Of a DNA stretch of 64,000 nt, positions 59,115 to 64,000 are shown piece by piece. Each line of letters starts with the position of its first letter. Positions within the stretch are counted from its first letter, which is position 1. This stretch comes from an uncultured Bacilli bacterium. GTDB lineage: Bacteria > Bacillota_I > Bacilli_A > RF39 > UBA660. A model generated the notes under the pieces. That model searched no databases. It was not told the DNA's origin and saw only the letters and a program-made list of their open reading frames with translations. The stretch is taken from positions 27,025-91,024 of the forward strand of contig CAKPDF010000001.1 of NCBI GenBank assembly GCA_934148535.1. Direction: 5' to 3'. The translations under genes and the position numbers were made by a program.

Positions 59115-59678
59115 TTATTTTAATAATAATCTTAAAGCTTCCTTTATTTGTTCTTCTAAAGTGTTGTTGATATCAACTTTGGTAATTACTTTTTTAACAT
59201 CTGCTTGTTTATAACCTAAGCCTAGTAATACTTCCATTAATTCATTGTTACTCTTTTGAACATTTGCAAATAATCCAGTATTTATAACATTTAGTTTTCC
59301 TTTTAAATCCAAAACCATTTGATGAGCAACCTTGTCCCCTATTTTTGGAAACTTTTTCAAATACGATAAATTGTTATTCTCTATCGCATCTGCTATTTCT
59401 TCTACTGAACCCATAGCAATAATTGGTAGTGCCATTTTAGGTCCTAATCCTTTTACTGAAATTAACTTTAAGAATAATTCTTTTTCTTCTGGTTTTTTGA
59501 AACCATATAGAGAATATTCTTCTTCTCTTATATGAGTATAAGTATATACTGTATAAAATTGTTCTAGTAAGTATGCATATGGATTTGGTACGTATATCAT
59601 ATATCCTATATCATTATTATCTATTATTATATAATTACTATTTATTTCTTTGATTGTTCCTTTGATGTATCCGTACAT
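59115..59678 (-). CDS. ruvA: Holliday junction DNA helicase subunit RuvA
   Basis: MYGYIKGTIKEI.. N-terminus and HhH region LISVKGLGPKMA. Confidence 0.85.
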   Translation of the reverse strand: MYGYIKGTIKEINSNYIIIDNNDIGYMIYVPNPYAYLLEQFYTVYTYTHIREEEYSLYGFKKPEEKELFLKLISVKGLGPKMALPIIAMGSVEEIADAIENNNLSYLKKFPKIGDKVAHQMVLDLKGKLNVINTGLFANVQKSNNELMEVLLGLGYKQADVKKVITKVDINNTLEEQIKEALRLLLK

Positions 59679-60832
59679 TATTTCATCTCCTGAATGTTTT
59701 TATTATTCATATTTTTTAATATATCTGAGTCAAGTGTTAAGGTCATTCCTTCTTTTTTAGTTACATTTTTGATTGCGTCTTCTATCATAATATTTAATAG
59801 TTCACGATAAGAAATGTTTCTACTTTCCCATAAATGATGTGAAAAACAACTTGGAATAGAATTTATTTCATTTACATATAATTTTTTATTTTTAGAATCA
59901 TATAAGAAATCAACTCTTGCTACACCCTTCATATTTAACATTTTAAATGCCATTAATGAATAGGTTTCTATTTCTTCTTTTAATTTATCACTTATTTTAG
60001 CAGGATATACTCTTCTTATTGGTGATTCTTTATCTTCATCATTTATATATTTATCTCTATATTCTCTTATTCCTTTGTTACTTACTATTTCTTCAATGTC
60101 ACTAGTGATATTTCCTTGTGGTGTTAATAAAACACTACAATTGTATTCTACTACATTTTCTATTTCTTCTTCAATTATCAATTTACTATCATATTTGAAT
60201 ACTCTTTCAATAGTAGAATCTAACTCTTCTTTCCTATCTATTGCTTCTATTCCGATACTGCTTCCTAAAGTTGCTGGTTTAATTATTAATGGATATTTTA
60301 ATTCATCAATTTGTTTAAATAGTTCTTCTTTTTTATTTCTATAAAATCTTTCTCCAAACCAAACATATTTTGTTACAGGAACTCCTACTGCTTGTAATAA
60401 TTGATGAGTAAATACTTTATCTTGGGCTACAGCTGACGGGTAAGTATTACTTCCTACATATGGAATTCCTACTAAATTAAGGTATCCTTGAATAGAACCG
60501 TCTTCAATATTTGCCCCATGTACTATTGGGAAGGCCAAATGCAATTCACAATATTCACTTTTTATTAATCCTGCTCTTTGTAAGACATATCTTCCATTTT
60601 TATTTACTAAGTTAACTTTTTTAGCATATCTTTTGATTAAATCAAAATCTTTAAATGTATCAATAAATCTTAAACAACCACCTGTATACCATTCTAAATC
60701 TTTAGTTATATATATTGGTATTATTTCATATTTTTCTTTATCAATATTATCCATTGCTTGGATTGCTGTTATTATTGATATTTCGTGTTCTACACTTTTT
60801 CCTCCAAATATTACACCTATATTTATTTTCAT
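59678..60832 (-). CDS. ddl: D-alanine--D-alanine ligase
   Basis: INIGVIFGGKSVEHEISIITA N-terminus and an ATP-grasp domain. Start taken at MKINIGV. Confidence 0.9.
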   Translation of the reverse strand: MKINIGVIFGGKSVEHEISIITAIQAMDNIDKEKYEIIPIYITKDLEWYTGGCLRFIDTFKDFDLIKRYAKKVNLVNKNGRYVLQRAGLIKSEYCELHLAFPIVHGANIEDGSIQGYLNLVGIPYVGSNTYPSAVAQDKVFTHQLLQAVGVPVTKYVWFGERFYRNKKEELFKQIDELKYPLIIKPATLGSSIGIEAIDRKEELDSTIERVFKYDSKLIIEEEIENVVEYNCSVLLTPQGNITSDIEEIVSNKGIREYRDKYINDEDKESPIRRVYPAKISDKLKEEIETYSLMAFKMLNMKGVARVDFLYDSKNKKLYVNEINSIPSCFSHHLWESRNISYRELLNIMIEDAIKNVTKKEGMTLTLDSDILKNMNNKNIQEMK

Positions 60833-60913
60833 ATTCTTAATCACTTCCTTAACTTTATTATATAATAATTTTCTTTTCATAGCAAATAAATATTATTGTT
60901 CCTTTACACTTTT

Positions 60914-61048
60914 TTACCTTTCTACCATCACATAACTTCTATTTATGTTGTCATAATTTTTAGCATTTTCAGTTAGAATAAAAGTAAATAGTGCTAACAT
61001 AATATAAAATATTATTACTCCTTTATTATTTCTTAGAAATTCCATCAT
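60914..61048 (-). CDS. small hydrophobic protein (44 aa), hypothetical
   Basis: Not in the ORF track. MMEFLRNNKGVIIFYIMLALFTFILTENAKNYDNINRSYVMVER, with a strong AAGGAG RBS 8 nt upstream. Lies between ftsQ and ddl. Confidence 0.3.
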   Translation of the reverse strand: MMEFLRNNKGVIIFYIMLALFTFILTENAKNYDNINRSYVMVER

Positions 61049-61153
61049 AAATCACCACTCCTTAATACATCTTAATTATACCAAGAGTTTAGAAAGTAGT
61101 CAATACTTTTTAGTATCTTTTGATACTTTTTTATTTTTTAAAAATATGTAACA

Positions 61154-61864
61154 TTATTCAGTTGATGTTACATATTCTGTTATGTTTTTAATTTCTATAT
61201 AATCTCCACTATCTAGATATATAATGCCATGAGAGCCATCCATCTTTTCTACTATTTCATTATACTTGTTGATTTTTTCTATTTTTGTTAGGGTTATATA
61301 TACTTCATTTCCATCATCCATATATAATAGAAATCTTTCATTGTCAACGGATGTTTTGCTATATTCTATTTGTGATATTTGTCTTAAGACATTTTTATCT
61401 ACTTTAGAAAACTTTTTAATAAAATCATTTTCTATTTTTTTATCATAATCATCATTTACTAAATTTGGAATATCAGTTAGTCCGTAATCATTATTTAGTT
61501 TTGTTCCGTTAAAAAGTAGAATTTTACCACTTTTCAAAATACATAGTGGTTGCTGTTCTTTTATTTCTATTGTTATTATATTCCCAAGTTGTTTTTTTAT
61601 ATTTATACTTTCTATATATTTATTTTTTTTAAGATTATTTTTTATTTCTTTTTTACTTGTTAATAAAAAAGAGGGATATGTATCTAATTTGGCTAAGGTT
61701 AATATTTCACTTTCTTTAATTATATTGTTTCCTTTAATATAAATATTATTTATTGGTAACATTAGTATATAATAACCAGTTAATCCTAGTAGAGAAAGTA
61801 CTAGCAAACAGATAAATATATTTTTTAATTTAAGTCTTGTTTTTTTCTTCTTTTTCTTAGCCAT
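61154..61864 (-). CDS. ftsQ: cell division protein FtsQ/DivIB
   Basis: Lys-rich cytoplasmic N-terminus, a single TM helix, then a POTRA-like domain. Confidence 0.7.
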   Translation of the reverse strand: MAKKKKKKTRLKLKNIFICLLVLSLLGLTGYYILMLPINNIYIKGNNIIKESEILTLAKLDTYPSFLLTSKKEIKNNLKKNKYIESINIKKQLGNIITIEIKEQQPLCILKSGKILLFNGTKLNNDYGLTDIPNLVNDDYDKKIENDFIKKFSKVDKNVLRQISQIEYSKTSVDNERFLLYMDDGNEVYITLTKIEKINKYNEIVEKMDGSHGIIYLDSGDYIEIKNITEYVTSTE

Positions 61865-61877
61865 ATTACCACCTTTT

Positions 61878-62768
61878 TTATTCGATAATCAATTGTTCTA
61901 ATATTAGTTCTACGTTGTAGGTTTCTAATACTTTTTGTTTAATTAGTTCAATAAGTTCTATTATTTCACTACCTTTAGCATTACCTGTATTTACTATAAA
62001 ATTAGCGTGTTTATCACTAATCATTGCGTCACCTATTTTATAACCTTTTAATCCACATTTTTCTATTAATTCACCGGCATACATTCCTTCAGGATTTCTG
62101 AATACGCTTCCTGCTGAAGGAAATTCTAATGGTTGATTTTCTATTCTTTTAATTCTTCTTTTACTTATTAAATCTTCTATTTCTTTAGCGTCTCCTAAAG
62201 ATAGTTCTAATGTGGCTTCTACTATAAAATAATTAGGATTTTGTTTTATAAATGAATCTCTATATGAAAAGTTTAATTCTTCTTTGGTAAGGGTTATTAT
62301 TTCTAGATTTGGATTTATTACTTTTACTTCTTTTACTATATCTGACATAGAACTTTTATAAGCTCCAGCATTCATAGCAATAGAGGCTCCAATAAGTCCT
62401 GGAATACCACTAGCAAATTCAAATCCGGCAATGGATCTTTTCATACATTCTATTGCTAATTTTACTAATGAGTATCCTGCTTCTACTTCTATAGTGGTGT
62501 CATTAAATACTACTTTATTTAATCTATCTAATTTAATTATTACTCCATCATATTCATCATTTTTAAAAATAATATTACTACCATTACCTAAAACTAAGTA
62601 TTTGATATTGTTTTCTTTTAAAAAATTTAAAAGAAGGACTAATGTTCCTAGATCGTCTGGGAATACTACATATTTGCAAGTTACATCTAATTTGTAAGTA
62701 TTGTACTTTTTCAATGAAACATTTTCATAGAATTCAATGTTGTGTGCTTTAATAAAATTTTTTATCAT
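61878..62768 (-). CDS. murB: UDP-N-acetylenolpyruvoylglucosamine reductase
   Basis: FAD-binding domain and MurB C-terminal domain. Typical ~300 aa. Confidence 0.9.
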   Translation of the reverse strand: MIKNFIKAHNIEFYENVSLKKYNTYKLDVTCKYVVFPDDLGTLVLLLNFLKENNIKYLVLGNGSNIIFKNDEYDGVIIKLDRLNKVVFNDTTIEVEAGYSLVKLAIECMKRSIAGFEFASGIPGLIGASIAMNAGAYKSSMSDIVKEVKVINPNLEIITLTKEELNFSYRDSFIKQNPNYFIVEATLELSLGDAKEIEDLISKRRIKRIENQPLEFPSAGSVFRNPEGMYAGELIEKCGLKGYKIGDAMISDKHANFIVNTGNAKGSEIIELIELIKQKVLETYNVELILEQLIIE

Positions 62769-63843
62769 CCATTATCATTTCCTTTAATATCTCGTAGATT
62801 CTACTTGATGAGTCTTTGACTGCTAATTTTTTTAAGTTATTTTTAATTTCATTATATTTCTTTTTATCTTCTAAAAGATTATCTATAGTAGTTATTAAGT
62901 TATTTTTACTTAGTTTATCTTCTTCTATAATTAAGGCTGCATTTTTTGATACTAAATCCATAGCATTTTTATATTGATGATTATTAGTTACATATGGACT
63001 TGGTATAAAGATTGAAGGTACTCCTAGTGCCATTATTTCACTCATTGTAGAGGCTCCAGCACGAGTTACCATTACATCAGTTTTTTTCATTAGGGATGGC
63101 ATTTCATAGATAAATGGTAATACATGAACGTTATCTGGAAATCTTTTATTTTTAACTTTTTCGTAGTATGAATTTCCTGTTACAAATACTACTTCATATG
63201 GTTTATTTCTAAATCCATATACATATTCTACCATTTTCTCATTTACAGTATTACTTCCTAAAGAACCCATTACAATAAGTACTAATTTTTTATCATCCGA
63301 TAATTTAAAATCTGCTTTATTAGCAGGTTTTATAGCTATAGCTTTCTCGCTACAAGGGTTTCCTGTTAATACTACTTTTTCTTTAGGAAAATCATTTAGT
63401 GTACTTTCAAAACTTACTCCTATTTTGTCAGCATATTTTGATAAATATTTATTAGATAATCCTACTACAGAATTTTGCTCATGAATAAATGTTTTTTTAC
63501 CTAATTTCTTTCCAGCCCAAATAACTGGAGCGGTTACATATCCTCCGGTTCCAATTACTACATCGGGATTAAATTCTGCTATTACTTTCTTACATTCTTT
63601 TCTTGCATGCAAAAAATTTGTTAGGGTTTTTATATTTTCTAGAGTTAGTTTTCTTTTGAATCCTGTTACTTCTAGTCCAACATAAGGAATATCAAATTCA
63701 GGAATTAAATCTTTTTCCATTCTATTATTTGTTCCTATATATAAAAATTCACTATTTGGTTCTTCTTTTTTTATTTTACTTATTATTGCTAAGGCAGGAT
63801 AGATATGTCCTCCTGTTCCACCAGCACTTACTACTACACGCAT
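62749..63843 (-). CDS. murG: UDP-N-acetylglucosamine--N-acetylmuramyl-(pentapeptide) pyrophosphoryl-undecaprenol N-acetylglucosamine transferase
   Basis: SAGGTGGHIYPALA N-terminal motif and GT28 architecture. Confidence 0.9.
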   Translation of the reverse strand: MRVVVSAGGTGGHIYPALAIISKIKKEEPNSEFLYIGTNNRMEKDLIPEFDIPYVGLEVTGFKRKLTLENIKTLTNFLHARKECKKVIAEFNPDVVIGTGGYVTAPVIWAGKKLGKKTFIHEQNSVVGLSNKYLSKYADKIGVSFESTLNDFPKEKVVLTGNPCSEKAIAIKPANKADFKLSDDKKLVLIVMGSLGSNTVNEKMVEYVYGFRNKPYEVVFVTGNSYYEKVKNKRFPDNVHVLPFIYEMPSLMKKTDVMVTRAGASTMSEIMALGVPSIFIPSPYVTNNHQYKNAMDLVSKNAALIIEEDKLSKNNLITTIDNLLEDKKKYNEIKNNLKKLAVKDSSSRIYEILKEMIMDDKKFY

Positions 63844-64000
63844 CTTATCACCTCAGTACATTATATTATAACACTTTTTTGTATATTTGTAAGTAATATC
63901 TATTTAATTATATTATTTAACTAGAAAATTAAGAATATCTGTAAAGTTTATTTTGGATATTAATATTAATATTGCTGCCATGGATAGAAATGGTCCAAAT

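Noticed and set aside
1-64000. Search for CRISPR arrays, transposases, integrases and IS elements
   Set aside because: No regularly spaced direct repeats and no recombinase-like ORFs were seen. The tRNA-adjacent accessory genes are therefore reported only as possible horizontally acquired DNA, not as a defined mobile element.

Overview
This is a very AT-rich chromosomal segment that looks Firmicutes/Clostridia-like. Nearly every gene is on the minus strand, which suggests co-orientation with replication. The backbone is conserved housekeeping: fhs, RNase J, eno, uppS, NifS-type cysteine desulfurase, rpsU-yqeY, rplU-prp-rpmA, ppdK, typA, tsf, rpsB, proS, priA, radC, ruvA, ddl, ftsQ, murB, murG and four tRNAs. 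Sporulation-type markers are also present: cotJA/B-cotJC, a SpoIVFB-like M50 protease upstream of rplU, and Cse60-like and YutD-like genes.

Several accessory modules sit between these genes. (1) A class-II bacteriocin-like locus: a C39-peptidase ABC exporter followed by two tandem double-glycine-leader peptide genes that the ORF track missed, abutting the rpsU promoter. (2) Two tandem prepilin-type pseudopilins, one carrying a LamG-like domain, arranged divergently from a GspE/PilB-family ATPase, with no platform protein or prepilin peptidase in the window. (3) Two paralogous secreted proteins whose N-termini resemble SipW-cognate (TasA/camelysin-type) signals, one carrying a C-terminal FGE/SUMF1-like domain, next to a secreted thioredoxin-fold membrane protein and the cysteine desulfurase. 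(4) A nucleotide-metabolism cluster (HD, NUDIX, and an HD–P-loop kinase fusion). (5) An orphan MvaI/BcnI-like restriction endonuclease between tRNA genes. (6) Unusual fusions: MATE with a cytidylate-kinase-like domain, S2 with a Rho_N-like tail, and CotJA with CotJB.

A GC-rich palindromic motif (GTACCGCTT / AAGCGGAT) recurs in three intergenic regions. No CRISPR array, integrase or transposase was seen.
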